Below are positions 1 to 8,810 of a DNA stretch of 64,000 bases, one piece after another. The notes below the pieces were generated by a model that saw only the letters and a program-made list of their open reading frames with translations, was not told the DNA's origin and searched no databases. The DNA lies in IMG/VR virus record IMGVR_UViG_3300033074_000580, positions 159,270 to 223,269 of that record; one strand, 5' to 3'. This DNA comes from a virus (lineage: Duplodnaviria; Heunggongvirae; Uroviricota; Caudoviricetes). The position numbers and the translations under genes are program-made. The stretch's first letter is position 1; every line of letters starts with the position of its first letter.

Positions 1-52
1 TGGACTGTCATACAAAGACCACCCCGAGTTACCATCTCCGTCCCTGAAAAGA

Positions 53-65
53 ATTTACTGGATTG
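53..65 (+). promoter_or_regulatory. AATTTACTGGATT upstream element, 11-13 nt 5' of the -33 TTTG
   Basis: the same placement recurs at 5105-5113, 8811-8819 and 10675-10683. Confidence 0.55.
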
Positions 66-74
66 AAAAAAAGA

Positions 75-106
75 TTTGTGTATAACAATTATACTTTGTA
101 CATTTG
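75..106 (+). promoter_or_regulatory. Bacteroidota-type promoter (TTTG -33, TACATTTG -7)
   Basis: TTTG at 75-78, 20-nt spacer, TACATTTG at 99-106. Confidence 0.6.
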
Positions 107-136
107 GTCATTGTTAAACTTTTAAATACTAATGTA

Positions 137-460
137 ATGAACAACGAAACAAAAAGATTGATTGAGAACATTGAGACTACAACCGATGTAAGAAAATTGG
201 AGGTAACTATTTCAATGTTAATGTTCGGTTGGGTAATGGACGACAACAACAAAGAGGACTACGAGAATCTAATTGAAATTTCTCAAAGTCGTTTGAATGT
301 ACTGATGTTACTTCGAGGAGAAGAACACCCACTTCAACATTTAGATTTGGTAAAAGACAAAAAGAAAATCGAGATGTCAGTAATGATGTCAATGATGAAA
401 TCGGTTATTGACCAAGAAGAAAATAAAATGGATTTATCCGATTTCTATTCGATGAACTAA
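137..460 (+). CDS. hypothetical protein (107 aa)
   Basis: ORF 104..460 trimmed to the first ATG (137), which lies downstream of the promoter at 75-106; coding-like composition. Confidence 0.5.
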   Translation: MNNETKRLIENIETTTDVRKLEVTISMLMFGWVMDDNNKEDYENLIEISQSRLNVLMLLRGEEHPLQHLDLVKDKKKIEMSVMMSMMKSVIDQEENKMDLSDFYSMN

Positions 461-545
461 TTCCCCTATAGTAGAAACCGAAAGACCTCAACGAAAGTTG
501 GGGTTTTTTTATGTCCACAGATTTCTCCCTGATCACCTGTACAAC

Positions 546-571
546 TTTACTGGACTACGTACTCCAGTAAA
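546..571. repeat. TTTACTGGA / TCCAGTAAA inverted repeat (8-nt spacer)
   Basis: 546-554 and 563-571. Confidence 0.9.
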
Positions 572-623
572 TTTAAATCTGGATCACCGTGAAAAAAAAG
601 TTTGTTCTGGACCACAAAATAAA

Positions 624-655
624 TTTGTATGGTAATTGTATTAGTGTTATATTTG
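624..655 (+). promoter_or_regulatory. Bacteroidota-type promoter
   Basis: aaataaaTTTGtat ... TATATTTG (648-655); near-identical to the promoters at 1231 and 6838. Confidence 0.65.
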
Positions 656-692
656 GGTATTGAAATTATTACTCACATAAAAACACAATGAA

Positions 693-1052
693 ATGAAAAA
701 CGGAATTTTAATTGATGTACACAATCGTACAATCGAATGGGTTGAGGTTAAGGATTGGAAAGACATTTACACTCACGTTAAGTGTGAACTTTTTGAGTGT
801 GTGGACATTGACGGACAAAATACTGTCTACGTTGATGAAGAAGGACTTTTGACAATGGATTCAAAGTCAATGTTCTTTATGTACAAAGGTTACCCACAAC
901 CTTTATGTGGGAATGGTTTGATTTTAGGAACCGACCACGAGAGTGGGGAAAGTGTTGATTGTTCTCTTTCACTTGAACTTGTTAAATCTAATGTTAGATT
1001 TATGGATATGTTCGAAGTGTCAATGAGAAGTAGATTAGGACAATTTGTATAG
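693..1052 (+). CDS. hypothetical protein (119 aa)
   Basis: ATG ORF following promoter 624-655 and followed by the strong terminator at 1078-1106. Confidence 0.55.
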   Translation: MKNGILIDVHNRTIEWVEVKDWKDIYTHVKCELFECVDIDGQNTVYVDEEGLLTMDSKSMFFMYKGYPQPLCGNGLILGTDHESGESVDCSLSLELVKSNVRFMDMFEVSMRSRLGQFV

Positions 1053-1077
1053 TTCATTTTTAGGTTGATATGTTAAA

Positions 1078-1106
1078 AGGGTGGGATTTTGTCCCACCCT
1101 TTTTTG
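1078..1106 (+). terminator. rho-independent terminator
   Basis: GGTGGGAttttgTCCCACC followed by a T-run. Confidence 0.8.
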
Positions 1107-1135
1107 TATCCAAAAATTTCTGAGGTGATATAAAT

Positions 1136-1167
1136 TTTACTGGAGTTGGTGTCATACATCCAGTAAA
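1136..1167. repeat. TTTACTGGA / TCCAGTAAA inverted repeat
   Basis: 1136-1144 and 1159-1167. Confidence 0.9.
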
Positions 1168-1230
1168 TTTATTCGATGGTTCACCTCCAATCAAGGTGTT
1201 GTCATACAAAGTTCTGGACCGAAAAATAAA

Positions 1231-1262
1231 TTTGTACAAGAATTATATTAGTGTTATATTTG
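1231..1262 (+). promoter_or_regulatory. Bacteroidota-type promoter
   Basis: TTTG 1231-1234, 20-nt spacer, TATATTTG 1255-1262. Confidence 0.65.
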
Positions 1263-1292
1263 TGTATTGTTAAACGACTAAATAAAAATGAA

Positions 1293-1436
1293 ATGAAAGA
1301 AATGTTTGTAACACTAAAAGAACAATGGAACGAAAATCCAAAAGAGATGATTAAAGGAATGTTGTTTATGATTCTTTGGGTTTGTCTTACTTACTTCTTA
1401 TTTTGGTTCGGTAGTATGTTTTGTTATGATATGTAA
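1293..1436 (+). CDS. small hydrophobic protein (47 aa)
   Basis: ORF 1251..1436 trimmed to ATG 1293 downstream of promoter 1231-1262; C-terminal TM-like segment. Confidence 0.4.
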   Translation: MKEMFVTLKEQWNENPKEMIKGMLFMILWVCLTYFLFWFGSMFCYDM

Positions 1437-1566
1437 ATTTTAAACCTATGATAAAAAATCAAGATGGTTCAGTTTTATACGAACCCCACGAAAGACTAAC
1501 TTACTTAGAAAGAATTAAAGACATTCTATTTTTATTATCTATCACACCTAAAATTATTCACACATT

Positions 1567-1791
1567 ATGGAAAAGAAAATAATCAAGTGTAGAATTACAC
1601 CACAACCCAAATCCATATTTGACCCAATCCCACAAATTTTCGTAACTCTCGAAGGTGAGTCTGACGAACAATTTTTACTGGAGTATTATCCTGACGAGAT
1701 TAGTTTCACGGAACAAGAAATTACTGGACTCACGATTAGTGAAGTCAGAACTTTACATTTCCAAAAAGATAAACGATATTTACAATCCTAA
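1567..1791 (+). CDS. hypothetical protein (74 aa)
   Basis: ORF track; co-oriented with the early gene block. Confidence 0.5.
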   Translation: MEKKIIKCRITPQPKSIFDPIPQIFVTLEGESDEQFLLEYYPDEISFTEQEITGLTISEVRTLHFQKDKRYLQS

Positions 1792-1975
1792 ACACATACT
1801 AACTCACAATGAAACAACGTAACATTCTCACAACAAAATTATTAACAATCGACTTTTACTACGAAGGAATTTTCTTTGGAGTAGGTAAGATTGACGACAC
1901 AATCGGAATCATTCTTCCGTTTTTAATTATTGAATTCCACATTCCCCGTAAACCAAAACCTAAAAATTACTTATA

Positions 1976-2194
1976 ATGTTTAACGAAATTTTAGACAAAC
2001 TAAGAGAAGACGTAGGTAAACGTATTCGAATAATCGAAATGAAAGGGGAAGACTTTCAAAGTGGTACCGAAGGAACTATTACCCACATTGACGATATGTG
2101 TAACATTCACGTTCAATGGGACAACGGAAGTACATTGTCCGTAATACCCGATGAAGACCAATACGAAATTCTTGAGAACCCACATGGTAATTAA
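1976..2194 (+). CDS. hypothetical protein (72 aa)
   Basis: ORF track; stop overlaps the TTTACTGGA element at 2196. Confidence 0.5.
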   Translation: MFNEILDKLREDVGKRIRIIEMKGEDFQSGTEGTITHIDDMCNIHVQWDNGSTLSVIPDEDQYEILENPHGN

Positions 2195-2289
2195 CTTTAC
2201 TGGACTTGAAATATGATTTGGTATTACAAGTTTATGGTTATATCTTTGTAAAACAATTTTTTTTATCCACACTTTAAATTTCAAATGAA

Positions 2290-2661
2290 ATGTTAAATTT
2301 AAAATTAACCTATCACGGAAGTGGTAACACCACATTAGTAAACATGGAAAGATTTACTACAATGTATCAAACAATTGACAATCGTAACGGACAACCTTTT
2401 ACGAAGATTCATTTCTCCGAAACCAATTTCTTAATGGTACAAGAAACACCACAAGAAATTGAAGAACTAATGGATTTAATTTCAAACGGAGGTAAACAAG
2501 AAGTGGAATGGAAAGTTCCAACAATTGAAGAAAGGTTTGAACAACAAACATTCCAACCAAGACCACAAAGACAACGAGTTCCATATCAACAAAAACCAAG
2601 ATACACAACTCGTGAAACAAATTATAATAACTTTGATACACCGAACTACAATAGATATTAA
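2290..2661 (+). CDS. hypothetical protein with Q/P/R-rich C-terminus (123 aa)
   Basis: ORF track, ATG start. Confidence 0.5.
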   Translation: MLNLKLTYHGSGNTTLVNMERFTTMYQTIDNRNGQPFTKIHFSETNFLMVQETPQEIEELMDLISNGGKQEVEWKVPTIEERFEQQTFQPRPQRQRVPYQQKPRYTTRETNYNNFDTPNYNRY

Positions 2662-2774
2662 AAGTGTTGTAATACTCTTTTAATGTTATGGGTGGTTAGT
2701 GAGTATTCCCTCATCGTTAATTCGGTGGGGGATTTTTTTGTCAAGAATGTTTCCCTGTAATTCACCTGTTGTAC

Positions 2775-2800
2775 TTTACTGGAGTACATGGTCCAGTAAA
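2775..2800. repeat. TTTACTGGA / TCCAGTAAA inverted repeat
   Basis: 2775-2783 and 2792-2800. Confidence 0.9.
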
Positions 2801-2923
2801 GATTTTCCATCGGGGACCGTATCCAAGAATTTCTCTTATTTAGAATGATTATAAATTTCATTATTTTTGAAAAATAATTAAAATACCTTTGGTAAAATGG
2901 TATCATTGTGTTAATTTTATGGT

Positions 2924-3220
2924 ATGGAATTAACTCACCAAGAGTACTTGACTTTGAAGGAAATCGTAGGGAGATACGAGAAAACTTCTAACAACCCAAA
3001 CGTTTTTTTATCCACAAAGGAACTAAACAAATCCATTTACGACATGGACATTTCAGTTAGATTGTTCCACGTTATGAAAAACGGAATGGGTATCAAAACT
3101 ATCCGTGATATGATTCACTTGTCGGTTCACGACTACACGATTCAACGAAACTTCGGTAAGAGATGTCTTGAAGAACTCAAAGAAATTTACGAAGAACACG
3201 GACTTAAATTTGTAGAGTAG
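2924..3220 (+). CDS. hypothetical protein (98 aa)
   Basis: ORF track; followed by terminator 3241-3278. Confidence 0.5.
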   Translation: MELTHQEYLTLKEIVGRYEKTSNNPNVFLSTKELNKSIYDMDISVRLFHVMKNGMGIKTIRDMIHLSVHDYTIQRNFGKRCLEELKEIYEEHGLKFVE

Positions 3221-3240
3221 TAGTAATCATAACTCGAATT

Positions 3241-3278
3241 AGAATCCCTCAGACTTTTGGTTTGGGGGATTTTTGTTT
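3241..3278 (+). terminator. rho-independent terminator (repeated module)
   Basis: agaatccctcagacttttggtttgggggatttttg; near-identical copy at 5537-5578. Confidence 0.6.
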
Positions 3279-3365
3279 TCTCCTGATCTGATCCTGATCA
3301 GCTCAAAAACTTTACTGGATTATTTTGAAACACAGAAAAAAAAATCTGTGGATCCCTTCATTAAC

Positions 3366-3420
3366 TTTACTGGACTGAAATCAAAATGTTCCACGTGGAA
3401 CGTCTACCCAATCCAGTAAA
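3366..3420. repeat. TTTACTGGA ... GTTCCACGTGGAAC ... TCCAGTAAA composite element
   Basis: motif 3366-3374, perfect 14-bp palindrome 3388-3401, inverse motif 3412-3420. Confidence 0.85.
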
Positions 3421-3545
3421 CATTTTTTCTGATCACCCGGATAAAAAAAGTTTGTTCTGGACAGAAAAATAATTAGGGTAAAATAGTATTGATATGATAT
3501 TGTTTTGTATATTTGTGTATTGTTTAACTCTTAAATGTATTCCAA

Positions 3546-4121
3546 ATGAACACATTAGTAAAAAATGTTATCGAAGTAGATGACAAAGGTTTTGAGAATT
3601 TATTCCTCGATTTAGAAAATCGAAAAACAATTCCGTTTCTTTACATTGGTCGAAAAAGTGATAAACCAAATGAATTGGTTTTGAAGTCCAAAATTGACGG
3701 AAGTAAAAATCCTTATTGGAAAGAAGTAAGTAAGGAAGTTTTTAATTCATTCCGACTTGTAGTAAATTTCAAAGGTCGAGTACACGGAAATTTAGGTAAG
3801 GAAGGAAAACCTACTACCGACTATGAGGAAGGAGAATTGAAAGGTAAGGAACATATTTCCAAATGTCTTTTAACTGATAAAGTAAGTAAGACAAAAAGAT
3901 ATGTTATGTTAGAATACTTTGTTGAAAGTCCTATCAAATCTAAAACTACTTACTTTCATAACGGAAACGAAATTGATAAGAAGTTTTTAGAGAAGTGGAT
4001 TAACTTTGTTGAAACGAAGTATGACAATCAAGGTACTGATAGACCTGTTCGAGTTATTACCTTAGATATTAAGAACATTAACCAAGTAAATGTAGATGGA
4101 GTAATTTACAAACGAGGTTAA
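3546..4121 (+). CDS. hypothetical protein (191 aa)
   Basis: ORF track; preceded by a TAnnTTTG -7 box at 3508-3515 and followed by terminator 4146-4178. Confidence 0.55.
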   Translation: MNTLVKNVIEVDDKGFENLFLDLENRKTIPFLYIGRKSDKPNELVLKSKIDGSKNPYWKEVSKEVFNSFRLVVNFKGRVHGNLGKEGKPTTDYEEGELKGKEHISKCLLTDKVSKTKRYVMLEYFVESPIKSKTTYFHNGNEIDKKFLEKWINFVETKYDNQGTDRPVRVITLDIKNINQVNVDGVIYKRG

Positions 4122-4145
4122 AAATAAAAGTTCCCCCACTTTTGA

Positions 4146-4178
4146 AACCACAACATTTTTGTTGTGGTTTTTTTTGTT
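4146..4178 (+). terminator. rho-independent terminator
   Basis: CCACAACatttttGTTGTGG followed by T8. Confidence 0.75.
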
Positions 4179-4218
4179 GTTATAATTTTTTTTACCGTCT
4201 TGAAGACTGGTCGAAAAC

Positions 4219-4251
4219 TTTACTGGATTAGGGGTATTACATTCCAGTAAA
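4219..4251. repeat. TTTACTGGA / TCCAGTAAA inverted repeat
   Basis: 4219-4227 and 4243-4251. Confidence 0.9.
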
Positions 4252-4314
4252 GTATTACAGTTGGTTCACAGGGACGGTGAAAAAAAAATAAAAATAATTT
4301 ACAATAAAATGTAT

Positions 4315-4340
4315 TTTGTGTTATATTATTTGTATATTTG
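4315..4340 (+). promoter_or_regulatory. probable promoter (-7 TATATTTG; non-canonical -33 spacing)
   Basis: TATATTTG 4333-4340. Confidence 0.35.
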
Positions 4341-4363
4341 TAGACACTAAACACACACTTAAA

Positions 4364-4513
4364 ATGAAAGAAAAACAAGTAAACATTGACGACCTAATTA
4401 AAGTACTCGAAGAACAAGTACAAAAAGGAGTAACTATTGTTTCAATTAAAGGAACACTTAGTTCACCACAAGACGGAAACCTTATTATTTTATCCACCGA
4501 AAAACAAATGTAA
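4364..4513 (+). CDS. small hypothetical protein (49 aa)
   Basis: ORF 4316..4513 trimmed to ATG 4364 downstream of the -7 box at 4333-4340. Confidence 0.4.
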   Translation: MKEKQVNIDDLIKVLEEQVQKGVTIVSIKGTLSSPQDGNLIILSTEKQM

Positions 4514-4514
4514 A

Positions 4515-5078
4515 ATGAAAAAGTACGAATTAGAAATCGAACAAGACACAGATTCAGAAAATCCACGAACAAGTTGGGATAATGTTACCACAATGGTTTG
4601 TTTTCACAAACGATACAATTTAGGTGACAAACACAATTACAAATCCGATAACTTCGATAGTTGGGACGAGATGAAGGAACAAATTTTACTGGATTATAAC
4701 GTCCTAATGATTAAACCTTTGTATCTATTCGACCACTCGGGAATTACAATTTCAACAAAAGACTTTGGGGATAGATGGGATTCAGGAATGATAGGATTCA
4801 TATTCATTGATGAAAAGGAATGGAAAAAAATGATGGGTGAAGATATGGATAGAAGTGAAGAACGTTTACAAAGAATTATCGATGGTGACGTTGAAACTTA
4901 CGATTCATATTTACGAGGTGACGTTTACCGATATGAAGTTTACGAAGTAGAGGAATGTAATTTAGGTCACACACATAAAACCTTTGTTGAAGGTTGTGGA
5001 GGATATTATGATGAAGACGATTGTCGAAGTGAAGGTGAAAGGGTGATAGATTATTTACTGGAGAAAGTCCCTTCTTAA
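4515..5078 (+). CDS. hypothetical protein (187 aa)
   Basis: ORF 4437..5078 trimmed to ATG 4515, which starts 2 nt after the previous stop. Confidence 0.55.
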   Translation: MKKYELEIEQDTDSENPRTSWDNVTTMVCFHKRYNLGDKHNYKSDNFDSWDEMKEQILLDYNVLMIKPLYLFDHSGITISTKDFGDRWDSGMIGFIFIDEKEWKKMMGEDMDRSEERLQRIIDGDVETYDSYLRGDVYRYEVYEVEECNLGHTHKTFVEGCGGYYDEDDCRSEGERVIDYLLEKVPS

Positions 5079-5104
5079 CGGAGGGGACTAACGTCCTGAG
5101 TAAC

Positions 5105-5113
5105 TTTACTGGA
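5105..5113 (+). promoter_or_regulatory. TTTACTGGA upstream element
   Basis: 12 nt 5' of the TTTG at 5126. Confidence 0.5.
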
Positions 5114-5125
5114 TTGTAAATTTAA

Positions 5126-5157
5126 TTTGTATATAAAAGTATTACATTGTATATTTG
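5126..5157 (+). promoter_or_regulatory. Bacteroidota-type promoter
   Basis: TTTG 5126-5129, 20-nt spacer, TATATTTG 5150-5157. Confidence 0.6.
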
Positions 5158-5186
5158 ATTATTGTTTCACCTTAATAATTAACACT

Positions 5187-5513
5187 ATGTTTAATCAAGA
5201 TTTTAAAGACAGAGAAATTGAATTTCAAATGGACGACCTTTCAGACGAGGTTTATTTCGAAGGTTGTGATGAACACACCTTAACGGAAATGTTTATGATA
5301 CAACTATTCGAGAAAATTAAATTGAAAGATTGGTTTATTCAAGGAAATAAAACGGAAGGTATTGTAACCTTTCATTCAGACAACGAACTTACAATTGAAT
5401 GGAAGTCAATTACAATGGGGGACGATTGGGACACGGACGAAGAAGTAGAACATAAACAAGACGTCCTTTTGAATATCGACCCGAGTCAATGGGAAGTTAT
5501 AAATTACAATTAG
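5187..5513 (+). CDS. hypothetical acidic protein (108 aa)
   Basis: ORF 5127..5513 trimmed to ATG 5187 downstream of promoter 5126-5157. Confidence 0.5.
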   Translation: MFNQDFKDREIEFQMDDLSDEVYFEGCDEHTLTEMFMIQLFEKIKLKDWFIQGNKTEGIVTFHSDNELTIEWKSITMGDDWDTDEEVEHKQDVLLNIDPSQWEVINYN

Positions 5514-5536
5514 AATAGTTTAGAGTTAGGAACAGA

Positions 5537-5578
5537 GAATCCCTCAATCTTTTAGGTTGGGGGATTTTTGTTGTATTA
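5537..5578 (+). terminator. rho-independent terminator (repeated module)
   Basis: gagaatccctcaatcttttaggttgggggatttttg. Confidence 0.6.
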
Positions 5579-5605
5579 CGGATCTGATCTGATCAGGGTG
5601 AAAAC

Positions 5606-5636
5606 TTTACTGGATTGATTGTAATACTCCAGTAAA
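5606..5636. repeat. TTTACTGGA / TCCAGTAAA inverted repeat (13-nt spacer containing GTAATAC)
   Basis: 5606-5614 and 5628-5636; same spacer form as 9688-9718. Confidence 0.9.
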
Positions 5637-5770
5637 CTATTTCAGGTGATCCACGGGGATCATCAGGAAAAAATAATTTAAAATAAATTGAATTCTTTTA
5701 AAAAAAGATTTGGATAATATCTAAAATAGATTTACATTTGTTCATTCATTCACCATAAAACATATACGAT

Positions 5771-6616
5771 ATGTTATTTCCAACACAAGACAAATTGGAT
5801 TGGTCAGTAAGAACTGAAACTATCCAAACAGAATCAGGAATTCAAATTCCTAACAAGATGTCAATTATTCGTAATGACACAAATGACTTTCTTTCTATTT
5901 GTAGTGATGACTACTATCCCTACCAAAACGAAGAACTAATTAACCTACTTCAAAAGGTATCAGGTTTAACAGGACTTGATATTGTTAAGTGTGGTTTCTT
6001 CGGTAAAGGGGAAAAGGTCTTTATTCAAATGAAATCCGATAACCTTAAATTAGGTACGGATAGAATTGAAGGTTATATGACAGGTATCAATTCATTCGAT
6101 GGTTCAACCTCGTTATCATTCGGACCTAGTAACATTACAATCAGTTGTCAAAACACATTCTATTCGTCTTACAAACAAATGGAGAATAAAGTAAGACACA
6201 CAAAGAACATGGTTGTTCGTGTAGACGAAATTTGTAGAAACGTTGAATCAGTATTAGACGAAGAAAAAATTATCTTCGATAATATCATTCAATTATCTGA
6301 AACTCGTTTCGATGATATTATTAAAGATGACGTTGTTCGTAAGTTGTTCAACATTAAAAAGGAAATCGACCTTAAAGATGATGAATCAATTTCAACAGTT
6401 ACACGAAATAAGATGTCGAAATTCTATGTAGATTTACACGGAGAACTTCAAGAAAAAGGTGATAACCTTTGGGGTTTATTTAGTGGAGTTACAAAGTACA
6501 CTACACATAGTATGTACAAAGGTGATAACACGGAACGTAAAATGTTCGGTATGACAGAACGTTCAGTCGGTGGAATCGAACGAAATATTTTTAAAGGTTT
6601 AGTTGAATTGGTATAA
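5771..6616 (+). CDS. DUF932-family phage/plasmid-like protein
   Basis: 281 aa; the segment 'IIRNDTNDFLSICSDDYYPYQNEEL' resembles the DUF932/TIGR03299 signature (R-x-D-t...vs..Y-x-p-x-QN). Confidence 0.6.
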   Translation: MLFPTQDKLDWSVRTETIQTESGIQIPNKMSIIRNDTNDFLSICSDDYYPYQNEELINLLQKVSGLTGLDIVKCGFFGKGEKVFIQMKSDNLKLGTDRIEGYMTGINSFDGSTSLSFGPSNITISCQNTFYSSYKQMENKVRHTKNMVVRVDEICRNVESVLDEEKIIFDNIIQLSETRFDDIIKDDVVRKLFNIKKEIDLKDDESISTVTRNKMSKFYVDLHGELQEKGDNLWGLFSGVTKYTTHSMYKGDNTERKMFGMTERSVGGIERNIFKGLVELV

Positions 6617-6641
6617 AATCCAATTGGTTAGGTTAAGGGGA

Positions 6642-6669
6642 ACCCTCGTAGTAATACGGGGGTTTTTTA
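6642..6669 (+). terminator. rho-independent terminator
   Basis: ACCCTCGTAgtaaTACGGGGGT followed by T6. Confidence 0.7.
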
Positions 6670-6760
6670 TTTGTCTGGATTTTGTCCAGGCAAAATCTGT
6701 ATAAATTTTACTGGATTAAAGTACACCAGTTTTTTACCTGCTGATCCCCAGCTCACGAAC

Positions 6761-6782
6761 TTTACTGGATTGGTCCAGTAAA
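6761..6782. repeat. TTTACTGGA-TTGG-TCCAGTAAA tight inverted repeat inside a larger palindrome
   Basis: 6761-6769 and 6774-6782, flanked by the inverted repeat 6724-6747 / 6805-6822. Confidence 0.9.
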
Positions 6783-6837
6783 CTTTTGCCAGGAGGATCA
6801 CTGGTAAAAAACTTTTAGTTCTGGAATGAAAAATAAA

Positions 6838-6869
6838 TTTGTATGGAAACTATATAAGTGTTATATTTG
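6838..6869 (+). promoter_or_regulatory. Bacteroidota-type promoter
   Basis: TTTG 6838-6841, 20-nt spacer, TATATTTG 6862-6869. Confidence 0.65.
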
Positions 6870-6897
6870 TGTATTGTTTAATTAAAACCATATACAA

Positions 6898-7323
6898 ATG
6901 AGTATGTTAAAAAACATTGAAACCTATCGAGAGTTTCTTAAAAAACAGAAAGAAGAAAGAGAGTCTTTCTTGGAAATCGTATCAACAAAAATTGTTGACG
7001 GACTAACTGACTACATTAAAGATTTTGGTTGGGTTCGTAAAGGTAAAAGTGGTGGTCTTAGTGGTGATAAGATTAAAGGTGTTAAGTACACCAAAAATTT
7101 CAATGGTAAAGATGTTACTATCGAGTATCGTAACAATTTACGAATTGATAACGACGGGTTATATTACTCGGGTGGTTTTAATGAATTCATCCACGACAAA
7201 TCGTTAGGTGAACCATTAGAGGTACTTCGAATGAGACACTTCTATTGGAATGGTGAACATACGACAGGTTGGGATTTAGATGAGGTACTTAGACGAATGG
7301 ATGAGTTCTATTCTAAACAATAA
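6898..7323 (+). CDS. hypothetical protein (141 aa)
   Basis: ORF track; promoter 6838-6869 upstream. Confidence 0.55.
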   Translation: MSMLKNIETYREFLKKQKEERESFLEIVSTKIVDGLTDYIKDFGWVRKGKSGGLSGDKIKGVKYTKNFNGKDVTIEYRNNLRIDNDGLYYSGGFNEFIHDKSLGEPLEVLRMRHFYWNGEHTTGWDLDEVLRRMDEFYSKQ

Positions 7324-7379
7324 TTGACGGGGGACAAAGTCCCCCTTCTATAATTCATAACACAAAAAACTATACTGGA

Positions 7380-7754
7380 ATGAAACTACATATTTTAAAA
7401 GTAACTGACCAAGACGATTCACAATTTGAATCGTATTACACATTCAAAAGTTTAAGAGAACAAGTATTAAACGAATGGTACGATGTGTGGGGAGAACACA
7501 AGGAAGAATCTCAGGACTATACCAAAGAACAAATTCAAAATAGTGATGAAGATTTGATAAGTTATATGGGAAGTTGGGGTTACAATGTCGAAGTGGTTTG
7601 GATTGGTACACAAGACGATTTTCCAAAACGAACCGATGTTATTGAAGTTGATATTTCATTCTATCACCCTAACGATAACGAGAGAATTAAAGTATATGAC
7701 GATGAGGGTATGAGAGAGGAGTTCGAATATAAATTAAAAAACCTTGTAAAATAA
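7380..7754 (+). CDS. hypothetical acidic protein (124 aa)
   Basis: ORF track. Confidence 0.5.
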   Translation: MKLHILKVTDQDDSQFESYYTFKSLREQVLNEWYDVWGEHKEESQDYTKEQIQNSDEDLISYMGSWGYNVEVVWIGTQDDFPKRTDVIEVDISFYHPNDNERIKVYDDEGMREEFEYKLKNLVK

Positions 7755-7759
7755 TTCTT

Positions 7760-8011
7760 ATGTCAAACTATCAAATTAAATCAAATCAGTACATTCCACG
7801 AAATGCGAAATCCACCCCAAGTGGATTTCCAATGTGTTCAACGTATTACTATGTTGTTAATGAGGACAATAAGATAATAAACAAACACACCCTCAAAACA
7901 TATCGAGGAAGAAATTTAGATATGTTTTATTTCAGGACAGAAGAAGGGGCGAAAACTTTACTGGAACAATTAAATAATTTGGAAAGTGTTGGTATTACCG
8001 AATTAAAGTAA
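7760..8011 (+). CDS. hypothetical protein (83 aa)
   Basis: ORF track. Confidence 0.5.
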   Translation: MSNYQIKSNQYIPRNAKSTPSGFPMCSTYYYVVNEDNKIINKHTLKTYRGRNLDMFYFRTEEGAKTLLEQLNNLESVGITELK

Positions 8012-8043
8012 TACATTTGTACACACCATAAAAATAACACACA

Positions 8044-8307
8044 ATGGAAACATTTGATTTTTACTTAGACACAAAGGTTACGACTTGGTATCGTACACCA
8101 TTTGAAATTGAGGCTAAATCTTTGGAGGAGGCTAAAAAGTTAGCTATTGAGTTTGTTGAAAAAGATAGACACTCCGAAATTTCTTGGGAACAAATTGACG
8201 ACACCATTGAGGTAATGTCAACAAAAGATAATGATAACCAATCAACGGAGGTGTTATATTACGAACCTGTTGGAGATATGATTTGGGATAACACTAAAAC
8301 TAATTAA
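8044..8307 (+). CDS. hypothetical protein (87 aa)
   Basis: ORF track; -7 box TACATTTG at 8012-8019 upstream. Confidence 0.5.
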   Translation: METFDFYLDTKVTTWYRTPFEIEAKSLEEAKKLAIEFVEKDRHSEISWEQIDDTIEVMSTKDNDNQSTEVLYYEPVGDMIWDNTKTN

Positions 8308-8308
8308 C

Positions 8309-8641
8309 ATGGGAGTAGGTAAAGAAATTTATAACACAAAAAATATCATTGACCTATCGAACGTGGATTCGTGGGACTTGATGAAAGAATTAAAATCTCG
8401 TGGGTATTACACAGATTTAATTTTCGGAGTAAGTGATGTGGATTTACAATTAGAGTCTATCAATGATGGTAGAGATGAAGACAATCAAATTGTTTTAAGT
8501 GAGGAGGAGAAGATGGATGTACTCGATAGTTGTTTTAGTGTTGAGTGGTATTGTCAACGAATGAACGAAGATATTGAACAAGAACTTCTTGACCATTATG
8601 ATTCGGAGGAGTATTACAAGAAAGAAGAAATAGAAGAATAG
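8309..8641 (+). CDS. hypothetical acidic protein (110 aa)
   Basis: ORF track; followed by terminator at about 8664-8697. Confidence 0.5.
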   Translation: MGVGKEIYNTKNIIDLSNVDSWDLMKELKSRGYYTDLIFGVSDVDLQLESINDGRDEDNQIVLSEEEKMDVLDSCFSVEWYCQRMNEDIEQELLDHYDSEEYYKKEEIEE

Positions 8642-8726
8642 TGTTTTAGTGGGTTAAACAATAGGAAGGGTGGACAGAAATGTTCACCTTTTTTTATTCC
8701 CCGAACTGTGCCGGCGACGGGAAAAC

Positions 8727-8748
8727 TTTACTGGATTGGTCCAGTATA
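8727..8748. repeat. TTTACTGGA-TTGG-TCCAGTAtA inverted repeat (one mismatch)
   Basis: 8727-8735 and 8740-8748. Confidence 0.8.
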
Positions 8749-8755
8749 CTTTACA

Positions 8756-8803
8756 CAGCGCATGCGCAGCATGATCTGCGAATTTGCGCAGCCTGATCTG
8801 CTG
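8756..8803. repeat. GC-rich GATC-containing repeat (GCGCAGC[A/C]TGATCTGC, twice)
   Basis: the 18-mer GCGCAGCCTGATCTGCTG at 8786-8803 is identical to 9730-9747. Confidence 0.85.
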
Positions 8804-8810
8804 TAAATAA

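Noticed and set aside
2658-2906. ORF 2658..2906 (-) in the plus-strand early block
   Set aside because: It covers an intergenic region containing a terminator and the TTTACTGGA hairpin, and its orientation opposes all neighbours.
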